Of a stretch of DNA of 64,000 bases, positions 48,446-61,447 are shown one piece after another (position 1 is the first letter of the stretch; each line of letters opens with the position of its first letter). This DNA is from Chrysomallon squamiferum (Eukaryota; Animalia; Mollusca). The notes under the pieces were generated by a model. The model did not search any database, had not been told where the DNA came from, and saw only the letters and a list, made by a program, of their open reading frames with translations. The DNA lies in assembly GCA_012295275.1 (NCBI GenBank), contig CM022674.1, forward strand, positions 1,488,001-1,552,000, given 5' to 3'. A program made the position numbers and the translations under genes.

Positions 48446-50299
48446 CATATACTGAGGACACTTAGAATTTTATTTGTAGCTATCTTTGGCTGCTGGTTAT
48501 TAAGAAATAACAAGAGAAGAAGAAGAAGAAGAAGAAAAAAAATTCTACATCATCATAAAACAGCCAAGAAAGCTTAATACCTTTGACGACTTTGAACAGA
48601 CTGAATTATTAAGCTGTCAGAAAAATGATTCTGTGACATGGAGTAGACACAAATTAGACATTTATACCTGATGTAGACAACCAAATTCCTGTTTTGAGGA
48701 ACAGGTTTGGGCACAAGTTACTATTAAAACTACTGGATGTAGCTACTGGATTATACTGGATTAAATACGATCCTTGCATACATGTTGACTTTCTCAGTAG
48801 ATTACCTGCGTTCACGAGTTTTCACTGTGTATTGTACGGATTAACCAGCTGATCGTGTGGATTAGTGGAAGATGTATATCGTTAAACTGGATGTAAATTA
48901 TTCTCTGTATCACATGCTCGTCAGAGCATAAAATGTAGCTAGCTACCTGTTGTTGATTGCAAAACAGGTAAACTGACGAGCAGTCTTATGTGTGCACTGT
49001 TGCAAAAATGTACTGTTTATTACAACAGAAACCTATTTTAAAATCGTTTTAAATTGTTGCCTGTAGCAACAAGACTAACTGTTAGTAGTCATGGCAGAAG
49101 AGTATCAGTTGATTTTTTTTTTTTTTGCCGTGTATGACAGCATGCAAATTATCTGCTGGAAATAACTGAAGAAAAGAAATATTTAATTTCTGCAGTGTTG
49201 TTTAGAACGAACAAGAAAAAAAAAAAAAAAAAAATGTTTGATCATCACTACAGAAACATTTGATTTTATTCTCAAGTATTGATTATTATTCGACATTGTG
49301 GTTTTTTAATTTTATTTCTGTGGATGTACTGGATTCATAATGTAACAGTGAATTATGTTGTAGAGCTTATCATGTTATGTTCAGGGAAATTATTATTATT
49401 ATTTTTTTTTTTCTTTACGCTTATTTCTTTGATTTCTGGATCTAGCAGAAGTGGATTTTTAACCATATGATTGATTGGCTTGTACGTCATGTTTGAGCTT
49501 CGCAGAGGAACAAAAAGAAAAAAGACAACAAACAAAAAAAAAAAACAGAATAACATTAGAAAATGTTTCTGTGAAGCTTTGTACACGTTGGACTCACATA
49601 TATATATATATCTATATATATATGTATAAAAAAAGGCAGCTATTGTTTGTGTTTTTGCTTTGGTTCGTTCTTTTTTTGTTTTCTTCTTAAAATAATTGAT
49701 TGTACCTAGTGTTCGTAATTCATATGTGATGTACATACATTAGCTTTAATGGAACCCGATGTGGTGATCATATGATGTGTGTCATTTTAAAAAAAATGTT
49801 TTTTTTTTTTTTTTTTTTTTGTCTGCGTGTGTGTATGATGTGTGTGCGTGCATGCTTGCTTGCGTGTGCGTATGTAAAAAAAAAAAAAAATAGCCTCTGA
49901 GATCTCAGGAAACCAAACGACAGACTCTCAATGTCTGTTAGCTGTGGTTACCTCCCCCTTTTTTTTGTCGTGTCCATGGAAACGGGATAGGTGTCATGTT
50001 TGTATTGGAAGCAGCAGATTCCTTTCGTTTGATGTGACACATATTTTTTTTTTTTTTTTTTTGTAAGAAAAACCATTGTAGCAGTTTTGTGTCAAAATTG
50101 TTGTCATATTTATTATTGTGGAATTGAACAACTTTGGAAGAAAAAAAGTTTAATAAAAATTAATGATATGATGTTGTACGCATAGTTACAATATGTTGTA
50201 TGTTGAAATCATTTTTTTTTTTTTTTTTTTTTTTTTCACCCTGTAGTGGACATCAGGGAAATAAATAAACATTTTTAACTAGTTTGAAAGGAGCAGCAG

Positions 50300-50332
<33 letters not shown>

Positions 50333-50489
50333 AAAGGAGAGAAAAGAAAAAGAATATCAGTTAAAAAAAAAAAACTCTTGAGTTTTCGAAACGGTGGTTC
50401 AAACCCCTTCCCTACACAAACAGAATGCTCAACAGAATCGCCGTTTCATTTTTTTTTTATTTTTTTCTTGTTTTTTTTAATCTTTTTGT

Positions 50490-50585
50490 TGTAAATATGT
50501 ACAGAAATGTTTCGCTCATCATATGCTGCTCATTAAAACTGTCATTCATTTCCCAGGTGTGAGTGAGTGAGTGTGTGTTGCGTAG
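50490..50585 (+). terminator. Candidate proximal poly(A) site of SPEN
   Basis: TGTAAATA (50490) and TGTACA upstream, ATTAAA at 50532-50537, GT-rich element ggtgtgagtgagtgagtgtgtgttg about 20 nt downstream. Confidence 0.5.
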
Positions 50586-51822
50586 TTTTAACATGCCGTT
50601 TACTTCAGACTGTCACTTGGTCAGCTGTATTACATGCATGCACGTGCACTAATACACACACACACGTACACTAATATATACACACACATACAGTCAAATA
50701 AAGTATAGATTTGCAAAAGTATGTACAAGAATAACACATTCACGTTATATTCATATATACACATATTTACAAAGAATATACACACAGACACACACACACA
50801 CACACAGACATGCATCTTGTGAAAGATCTTTCTCTTATAGTGTACACAGATTAGCTTTATTGTAGCAGAGTAAATAGAGACATAGATAATCTTCATACAT
50901 CCGTATTAGATTAAAAAGCTTAATTAAATAGGTTAAACCAAAAAAAAATATTAGATACAAAATTTATTGAAACTTTCATACCTTGCTTTGTGTTACCTAT
51001 CATAATGTTTTAAAAACTCGTTTTCATGACAGAAGAAGTTAATTTTTAAAAACATTAATTTTAAAAAATTTCCAGTTAGTTTTTAAACTGATTTATTTAA
51101 AAAAAGAAAAGAATTAACATTTTCTGAAATATTAAAAACTCTTAGCATAATTTATAATTATGGTAAAAATAGTGTTTATTTTTATCAGTTGTATTGCAGC
51201 TAGCATCTCGTGCTGTCACATGACTGCTTGTGATGTCAGAGGTCAGCATTCAAAGGTCATAATTTATCACTACCTTCAGTAACACAGACATAATTAAGTT
51301 TCATTGTAACAAGTCCTCTCCTAGTTAATATGGACATATTAAATTTTTTTAACTGATAAATTTTTTTTGTTTGTTTGTTGAAAAACATGTCTAACTGAAA
51401 CTGGCTAAGTAACATTGTGTTACAGGTATTAATGGTCATTAAAATTCAGTTTAAAAAAAAATAAAAACAACAACAAATTGATAATTAACAATTTTAAAAA
51501 TAAAAATAATAATTTGATCCTTAAAATGTCTTGTTCATTGAATATTTATTAAATTTCTGTTTACTTTTTTCACATGCATTCTGTTAGTTAATACATTTGT
51601 TTGAAAACTGCCAGTATATATATATATATAAATAAAAAAAAAAAATAATAATAATAAAAAATTAAAACGTTTATTAAATGTCATTTTGATTCAACAAACA
51701 TTATTAATTTATGCTAGAACAATATTATCACATTCTATAAAAGTAAAAAAATTATTTATGAATGTTTATGTGTAAGCAAGATGAAATAATTACTTGATTC
51801 TAAAATTATATCTCATTTTCTT

Positions 51823-51865
<43 letters not shown>

Positions 51866-52085
51866 ACTATTATTATTATTATTATTATAAATATTACTAC
51901 TGTTATTAACTTAGTATTTATACTGTTAAACAGGGTCTGCAGATATTGTAAAAACTTTTAACTATAAGCTGACCAATGTGGGGGGGGGAGAAATACAATT
52001 TCATTGAATCTTTTTATTTATTTATTTGTATTTTTTATTTTAAAAAATTTATGTGTAAGAAAATGTATAATAAAATGTGAAAGCT

Positions 52086-52133
<48 letters not shown>

Positions 52134-52504
52134 AATATATATAGATATATGGACACTATTAAATTCTGTTTCACATCGCGGTGCATTTTCTGGAACTGAC
52201 AAATAAGTGTTGATTTAAAAAAAGAAATGTCAAGATAATGTTTTCTTTTAATGCAGTGCTGTTGTTTATTTATTTTTATTTTTTATTTTATTTTTTATTT
52301 TTATTGTTTTGCTGTGAGCCACTTTTCATTTCAATTTTAAATTTATGAGAAGAAATTACAATAAAAGCTGGTCTGAAGAATTTAAATTTTCTTGAATTTT
52401 TCTTTAAGTAATAACAAAAATGTTTATTACATAGATTATTTGCAGGTTCAAACTATTGAAATAAAAAAAATTGGTTTAACCCATGCCATATTACAGATAT
52501 CATG

Positions 52505-52539
<35 letters not shown>

Positions 52540-54994
52540 GTTGGGTGTGTGCATACAAACCTGTACACATACCTCATCAAGCTGGGACCTTGGTAGAAGG
52601 GTATATTACACAGTCACGAAAACACACATGTGAACACACATTCATAACTAGCTATTAAGCTGTAGTCTTGGTACATGAGTATATTACTATCCCAAGTTAA
52701 ATATGCTCTATACTAAACTAAATTTCATAACTTAAAAAGTTTCAGTATAGTTACTCAGATTATGAAAACTGAATTATGGGAAGGAATAATAATAATTACT
52801 AGAAAATGAAAACAAATTAAAAAAGAGAGAAAATATATAAACAAATAAATAAAATGTAGAAAATGCCCTTGATTGTTAACAATCAAATAAAGTAGGGGAA
52901 ATTGATAGAAAGAATGCATCACACACATGCACATTCCTGCAGTCACAGGGTTATATCCCATTCTAGACAGTGCTCCACCACTGGTCATCAAAAAATCTAT
53001 GTGTGCTTGTTTGTTGTTGAGATAAACCTAAAATATACAGTGCTAAAAATAGAAAACAACTATCAGAATTACAAAGTATTTTTATTTTATCTATGACAGA
53101 AAATGAAATACTTGTTGAAATCTATGTTTTAACTTTAATATGGCATGGGATTTTTATAAAATATTGTTTAACATCTTTAATGTGGTATATGTATAAAAAA
53201 AAAATACATACAACAATTTTAATTCTTATTTACTGCCTTTGTATTTATATTCATGACTTTTGCAGTAGATGAATGATAAACATTTTAACTTTTAAACAAG
53301 ATCAAAGATTTTATTGTTTTTAATTTTTTAACTTTATTTTTATTATTATTTGTTTTTAAATTCTGATATGACTGAACATTGAATAAACCAAGCAATTAAA
53401 TTTTAGCTGTAAAAAGTAGCAAAATTTAAATGTAGATCATTTTTTAATATTCTAAGTTTTGGATAGCTGAAAAATTCCTTGATGGAGAATTTTTTTTATT
53501 TTAGTTGCTTGAAATGTAAATAAAAAAATAGGATTGAAAGATGAAGACATTTTTAGGATCAACCAAAAAAAAAAAATAAAATGTTTCTTATATTTTATTT
53601 TATTAAAATTTCCCTTTTTAAAATAAACAAAAACATAATAATGTAGTAATAACAATAATAATAACCAAAAACAAAAATGGCAGATGGAAACAGTTTGGGA
53701 AATTCAAAATAATACGTGAAAATAATAATTTAATAAAACATGAATGTTACTTGTACATTTACCAAAATTATATATTTTTTTTCTATTTTATTAAAAATTG
53801 TTTATTATATCTTACTTTTTAAAATATTGGAGAATTTTAACGATTTTCCACCCCCAAAAAAAATAGTTTGAGGACCATACATATGTTACTATTGTTGTTT
53901 TTTCTTACAAGTTTTAGAAGCTCTTTTCTTCATGTTTGAAACATAAACATAAATAGGAGTCTAAACACAGAAATATCTGTGATATGTAATTATATTATAT
54001 ATATATTGGTTAGAAAAAAAAAGGCACATTTAAAAATGAAAAACAAATAAATAAATAAAAATTTATAATAATAAAAAAATAATAATGTTATATAATCTTT
54101 CCATGACATCTTGTGTGTGTGTTTTTATTGAAACAAAACAGGATTTTCATTTCATAGATTTTACATGTAAGTCTTGTAAATACCAGATTAACTTAATTTG
54201 TAAATATAAAATAAAGAAAATAGAAAATAAAATAAAATAAATAGTAATAAAAAAAGGGATAATTTTTATCCAAAGCTTTATTTTCTAACTAGAAAAATAA
54301 AAATAAAAATAAATAAAAATTGACTGCAAGTGAACTGTCTTCTTCTTATTATTATTTTATTACTTTATTTATTATTTTATTTATTTTATTTTTATATTAC
54401 TTTTATATATATATATTTTTTTTTTTTTTTGTTTTGCCAGCTTAAGCATCTTTGTGATTCAAACATTGTTTTTGTGTGATTGTGGAAAATATTGTCTGCA
54501 AAAGTAATTTTTCTAAATCAAGGTCTACCAAATGTGGAGATCATGGTGTCTGTAAATTCACTTTAGAATATTTCAGACTTCATATTCTCTTTCTAAAACA
54601 ATACTTTCATATTAATAATTAAAAAAAAAAAAAAAAAAAAAAAGAAAATAAAAGATAAAAGAAAAGAAAAGTTTAAAATAATAAAGAAAATAAAGAATTA
54701 ACAAAACAATATTCAGAAATACCAACTCGACAGTTATTCTGTTGGTACATTTTTAAAATTTGTCTAGATCTCAAATTCTCAGTAAATGAATATTTACTGA
54801 TAATCTTTAATAATAATAATAATAATAATTAATTAATTAAGCTTCCTCACACAGAAATGAATAAAAAAAAAAACAAGATGTGAAGCTGAGCGGTGAGAAA
54901 TCTTCATTACGTGCGTAGTTTGGTCATGTCATATGCTTTGTGTATCATTTGTTTTAAAACACGTGATGAATTCTCGTTTATTGCTGGCAGCATT

Positions 54995-55165
54995 TTATGT
55001 AACAAATGTACATTTATTTTTTCAGAACATGATGTATATTTTCTCTCCTGTATAGAGTGTTAAGATGTATATAGCTGTTGACACTTGCATGATGTGATAA
55101 CTTCAATGGAATAAATGTATATACATGAGTATGAATATGTCGTTGGTGTCGTTTGTTTATTTTGC
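54995..55165 (+). terminator. Candidate distal poly(A) site of SPEN
   Basis: Several TGTA elements upstream, AATAAA at 55110-55115, GT-rich gtcgttggtgtcgtttgttt about 25 nt downstream. Confidence 0.5.
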
Positions 55166-55466
55166 TACTTCGTGTTGCTGCTGCTGCTGATGATGATGAT
55201 GATGGATATAAACTGATCTTTATTGATGATGATGGTCATGAAGTGATCACAATCATGTGAAAATAATGATTTAAGAATTAGAATGATGTTGCGACTTGAT
55301 GATTATAACAGTGATGGTGACTGATGATTATAATGATTATAAAGATGATGGTTGCCTGATGATGATTGTGACAGTAATGATGATGATGATGATGATGATG
55401 ATTGTGTTATTTTGTAGTCTTACAGCTCTGTTAATAATGACACTAAATAAACAGTATATATAAAAC

Positions 55467-55497
<31 letters not shown>

Positions 55498-56175
55498 TTT
55501 TTAAATCTCATCAGGACTACAGATAATGTCAAATAACAATTTACTTGGCTCTGTCATCTTTAGCAGTTCCATCATTTCATCACATATCACTGGATGCATT
55601 TTCCCCTACCCATGGGAAGGAGAACATACAAAATCCTCTTGCCACTAATTTCTTTTTTTTACTCTTCCAGCTCATTAACCCACCTGCTAACACAATGCCA
55701 CAAAACCACAGATTAGAAATATGTTTAATCTGTCATCAAGAAAAAACAGTTCTTCTGTTTCTCAGATACTTGGCATCCTGGCTCAAATCTCTCCACTCAT
55801 TTCTCAGTTTAAGGTAAAAAAAAAAACAGTGACTCAAGTTTATCGATCTCTTTAGCAGATCACTTTGCTTAAGAACTGATGAAACGAAGGCTGTGATCAT
55901 TTTATAATTGTGCTGTCTCTGGGGTGGAACACACAAAATATCCTTTACTGCTAGTAAAACAATTAAAATGCTGCAGTTGGTTTATTTATTATCTACTTAA
56001 TTCTTGACCTATAATAAATTAAAGATGTGTTGAATACATTGTTAAATGAAATTTTTTCTCTCGTGTAATTGTCATACAAAATACTTGGTTTATCATTACT
56101 TTCATCATACCAAAAAAAATCTGGTTTATCATTTAATCATTATAAAAGGTAATAAAAAAAATTATATCATTTAAT

Positions 56176-56206
<31 letters not shown>

Positions 56207-57538
56207 AATCATTTATTATATAATCATTATAGTTAAAAATCTGTTTGATCAGTCTAATCATACTACAAAAGATGAAACATTACTGAATGAAATGTCTGCC
56301 TATTGGGTAAATGAATTATTTATTTATATATATATATATAAATATATTTTTTTTTTGTGGAATTGTAAAACAAACCTTATTCTCTACAATCAGTCATTAT
56401 TTAGCTGCAAAAGATCTTTATATATATATATATATATATATTTAGTGCAGTTGCCTCCAGGCAAGAAAGACATACATTTCCTTTTAATCAGACTGTTGAA
56501 AATTGTCCATCATTTCTTTGTCACTTCAAGCTTACAAAAACCACCGTAACATTACAAACGATGTTTCATTACAAATTGTGTAAATCAGCAGTTCCCAAAA
56601 GGACATTATAATTTCCTTGGTGCCAGTGGCAATTTCTGAAGAGCTATAAAGATAATTAATTTACAGTTAATTCTAGTGTTTACTAAATGTGCACTGTAAA
56701 TCAAAATCTTCCCAGACTTGTGGAATGGTTTATTACGCTACAGGAATTTCTGGACAGGAAGACAAGCAGGGAATTATAAGGGCAATGGCATGTCAAATTA
56801 TGGAAATCATGAGGTATAAATAAAAAAAAAGAATAATTAAAAAAAGACAAAAAAACAATTTAATTCAACGTATATTTATTATAGGAGTACATACATATAT
56901 AAAAACCAAAAAAATACATTTGCATATGACCAGAAAGAAAACAAAAATATGGCTTCACGCTAGATAACAATGAATAAAATACAAATATATATTCATGCAA
57001 CAAAATAGGTGAGTATAAATCATAATACATGATATCTGCAATAATTAACACAAAACGCCCTCAGTTTGTAGGGCTAAAAAAAATCCAACAAGTAAATGAA
57101 AGAAAAAGTTTGTGCTTTTGAAACATTTGAAAATAAACTGCAGTTGAATGCAGAAATGGGAAAATATAAAAAATGTATTTTGAAATTTATCCACACTGTT
57201 ATGGATGCTCTTTTAAAACCTGTTCTGGACATCAATTCGACATCAAGTCTTTTCGTGTTGCTAGTTGTTTCGGAAGCACAGACGAACATACTGCATTTTT
57301 TACAATGTCTTACTGAGTGTGCGTGTTTTAATGGTATGGCTTGTAGTAGTGGTGGGTGCTGTCATCGGACAAATTCTGACATTAAATGAGTATTTATAAA
57401 GTGAAAAAAAAAAAAAAAAAAAATTAAAAACTGTCTATAAAGGTAAAATAAATGCTAGTACCATGCTTGGCTTTGACCTGAAACAATCCTGAACAAAATG
57501 TGACAAATCTACTTGGCAAATTACAGCTCTCTTCAAAT

Positions 57539-57569
<31 letters not shown>

Positions 57570-58429
57570 AATAATAATAAAAAATATATAAGAAAGAAAA
57601 GAAAAGAAATTGATTTATCATGGCCTTATCATTGTAAATAAGACGTAAACTGGCAAATTTGACTCTACTGGAATCTTGGATCCTTTTAAAGAAGATAAAA
57701 AGTGAATTCTTGTTATCTTGGCTCTCAAATTATATAGAAAATAAAACACAGTTTGGCATATTTGTCTATCCTTGGTACCAACACCACCAGTAACAAGTGA
57801 AAGCAAACCATCAACAGTTTGACTATCATGGCTTCAGACACTCTCAAACAATTCAAAACTGAAATCTGACTATCAAACTGGCCTTCCATGTTGTTAAATA
57901 ACAAAAATATTAAAAGAAAAAAAGACTAACCACACCAATTTAAACACAGCAAAACCAAACTTTTAAACATTCTAAGTATCCTAGTAATATAAACCGCACT
58001 AAACCTGGATAAAAACAAATTTTGGACTGTTCTGGCTTCCAGTACAAACAAATAACTTAAATTTAAACACATCTGACCACTGCTATAAATAAAATAAAAG
58101 ATTAAGAAATGGTTTACTTCAACATCTGTTACAGGATTTGAAATGTGATACTTGAGAAATCAATAATATCATATTGCAATTAATACTAACAGAAATTATT
58201 ATTCTGAATATCGATCAATATATATACATATATAATTTCTAAGTATTTACTACTGAGCTGTGTGTATTTGATACTAAAGACTGCTCATGAGTTTAGTTAA
58301 TGAAGATGTAAAAGTAAAACAACCCCACAAAACAAAGCCCACCACATCCATACCATATCTGAACAAGTAAGACATTTAATATCTAAAATGAATAAAATAA
58401 TATCCCTGCACACACACACAGAAATTTAT

Positions 58430-58891
58430 ATACATTTTATATACATGCATATATATATATATATGCATGTATATAAAATATATATATGTATGTATATATG
58501 TATGTGTTTGTGTATATATTTATGTGTGTGTGTGTGTGCATGCATATATATATGTGCATGTATATATGTGTATGTATGTATGTATGTATGTATGTATGTA
58601 TATCTATGTATATCTATGTATATTTATGTATATTTATGTACATATCTGCATGCATGTGTGTGTGCATATATATATATATATATGTATATAAAACGGTGAC
58701 TCAGTCTTCTAATCATTTTGTTCTCATCACAAATAAAATTATAACAATTAAGAAATAACATTGTTTACAAATAACAATTTGAAGCTGCAATGTAAGTACA
58801 TTCAGTAATAAAAAAAATAAAATAAAAAACAACAATAATAATAGTAGTAGTAATAATAATGATAATAATAATAATAATAATAACGATAATA

Positions 58892-58950
<59 letters not shown>

Positions 58951-59010
58951 TAATGATAACAATAACAACCACAATAATAATAATAAATAAATAAATAAAT
59001 AAATAAATAC
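58430..59010. repeat. (TA/TATG/TG)n and (TAA)n microsatellite blocks
   Basis: Read directly; source of several spurious ORFs. Confidence 0.85.
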
Positions 59011-59934
59011 ATGTCAGTCAAATGAGGGTCTCTCCAAGCTACAGATAGTAACATCTGGCTTATCTTAAACTGTCTGAGCAAATAATAACTTCAGCAACCA
59101 TACAAACCTCTGCCTACGTCCACAGAACAGTCACAAACATATCTGTCTGACCTAGAAACCAACAGAATTCAAAACAACTGATTACATAATACCGCTAACC
59201 CTTCCAAAGTTAATGTCTAAACTGAGTTTATATAAAATGAAAACAATTTAATGTTCTAGTAAATATTAATGCCTCTGGGATAATTATACAGTAATTCTAC
59301 GCTATGGAAATCACTGCTGGGATTTGATCTAAGAACCTATCAGTCTAAAAGCAGGTTTTGGTTACCATCTAATGTTAACAGCAAAAAAGATTAGTACAAA
59401 TTTACGAGTTTATCTCTATTTAATTTTAATTTAGCTACGAATGTTTCTGTTGATAATTTTACTATAATCCATGCAGTTTGACTGAAATTTTATATTGATA
59501 ATATTAATGCAGTCTACTTCTTGGTCATCTTATTATTTGGTAAAGCTACTGAGATTAAAGGATTATCCTACATATTGTTGGAGACCCTGTAAACTAGCTA
59601 ATTTTAATATATATATATATAAAAAAAACACACCAACACCTGTCAAGTATATTAGTAAATGATATCCAAATAATATAAACTTGATTATTTATAGGTAATG
59701 TTAAAGTTTACAGATATGTAATGAATAAAAAAAAAAAAAAAAAAAAAAAAAATAATAATAATAAAAAAAAAATAATAAAAAAAAAAAAATAAAAAAAAAA
59801 AAATAAAAAAAATAAAATAAAATAAAATAAAAATAAAAATAAACAAAACAAAAAATTAAAATTCTTTTACTCAAAAGAAAGTGTACTTAATAAAAGAAAA
59901 TTTATAATAATAATAAAGTAATTATGTAAATAAA

Positions 59935-59965
<31 letters not shown>

Positions 59966-60238
59966 TAATAGACACAAATATGTTTTCTTCAATCTGGAAT
60001 ATACAAATATCTTAAAAAATAAAATAAATACATTGCTTTTAGTTTTAACAAATGTATAAAACTAATATTGTTATGTTAACCGGTAAAGCAGTCATGAACA
60101 TAAAAAAAGAATAATTCCGGTACTTGTCATGTACTCACTGCCATCTGAACAATAACAAAACTAAAATAAGAGACAGATGATAAAAATATAAAATAATAAA
60201 ATTAGATTGAAAAGCACATGTTAAAAAAGTAACTCTAA

Positions 60239-60270
<32 letters not shown>

Positions 60271-60780
60271 TTGTCTGTCTGTCTCTCCATATATATATAT
60301 ATATATAGATAGATAGATGTGTGTGTGTGTGTGTGTGTGTGTTTGTGTGTATGTGTGTACAATTTGATTATATATTACATAAACTGCATATACAATGTAT
60401 TAGATTGTCATCATCAACTTGAAACCTCTAAACTGAAAAATGAGAATTTAGTTTCACCAAAAAAAAAAAAATAAAAAATGTTTTCTTACAAATCACAGAA
60501 GTGCCTTTGTTTCATGAACAATTAACAAAATTTTAAAATCTTTAAAATTTTTGTTTGTTATTATGCAAACTTGAAAAAGATTTCTTCTTTTTGAATTTTT
60601 GCATTGTTACTTTCTGTAAATAAACTATAAAACAGCTTTTTGTGTTTTATATAAAAAATAATTGATATAAATGTATTTTTAATATGGCTGTGGTGTCAAA
60701 ATTATTTTTATGTCTTTTTGAACATTATACACAGGGAATTAATATGAGCAATTTGTAAAGTTTATCATGGTATTGTAAAC

Positions 60781-60876
60781 TATAAATAAATCAATAAATC
60801 AATAAATCAATAAATAAATAAATAAATAAATAAATCAGTAAATAAATAAATCAGTAAATAAATAAATAAAATAAAA

Positions 60877-60919
<43 letters not shown>

Positions 60920-60921
60920 AA

Positions 60922-60953
<32 letters not shown>
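60781..60953. repeat. (TAAA)n microsatellite
   Basis: Read directly. Confidence 0.9.
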
Positions 60954-61416
60954 ATGCTCTTTTGTCTAATCTCTATTTACTGAAATAAAAATAATGTTTT
61001 TTTTTAACAATGCCCATTATTCTTTTTCTCTAAAATTACACTACTTAAACAAAACAATCTGAAAGCCCAGATGTAAAACAGTATTAAAAATAAAATAATT
61101 TACTGTATAAAAATATTTCTGAACTCTGAACAGAGAAAAAAACCCCTAAAAACATGACTAATTATATATTTCGGGTTTATAAAAAAACAAATGTCAGTAG
61201 AAATTCGTGGATTTTTTAAGTACTTTGAAGGACCTGATACACGATTTTCTATGAACACCTTACAATGAAGATATTTTTATTATTTCTATGAGTTTATCTG
61301 ACAACCACAGTACCAGTTCTTGAGGAGGTAAGTGTGTTAGTCTTTGAGAAATTCTTCACTCCTTCATAAACATAACGCTGTTCATTTATTTTAAAATTTT
61401 AACCCGTACAAGTACT

Positions 61417-61447
<31 letters not shown>

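Noticed and set aside
55671-55813. Plus-strand exon-like segment (ttccag|...|gtaaaa) in ORF 55545-55817
   Set aside because: Lies downstream of the SPEN stop and candidate poly(A) sites; no partner exons and no recognisable protein.
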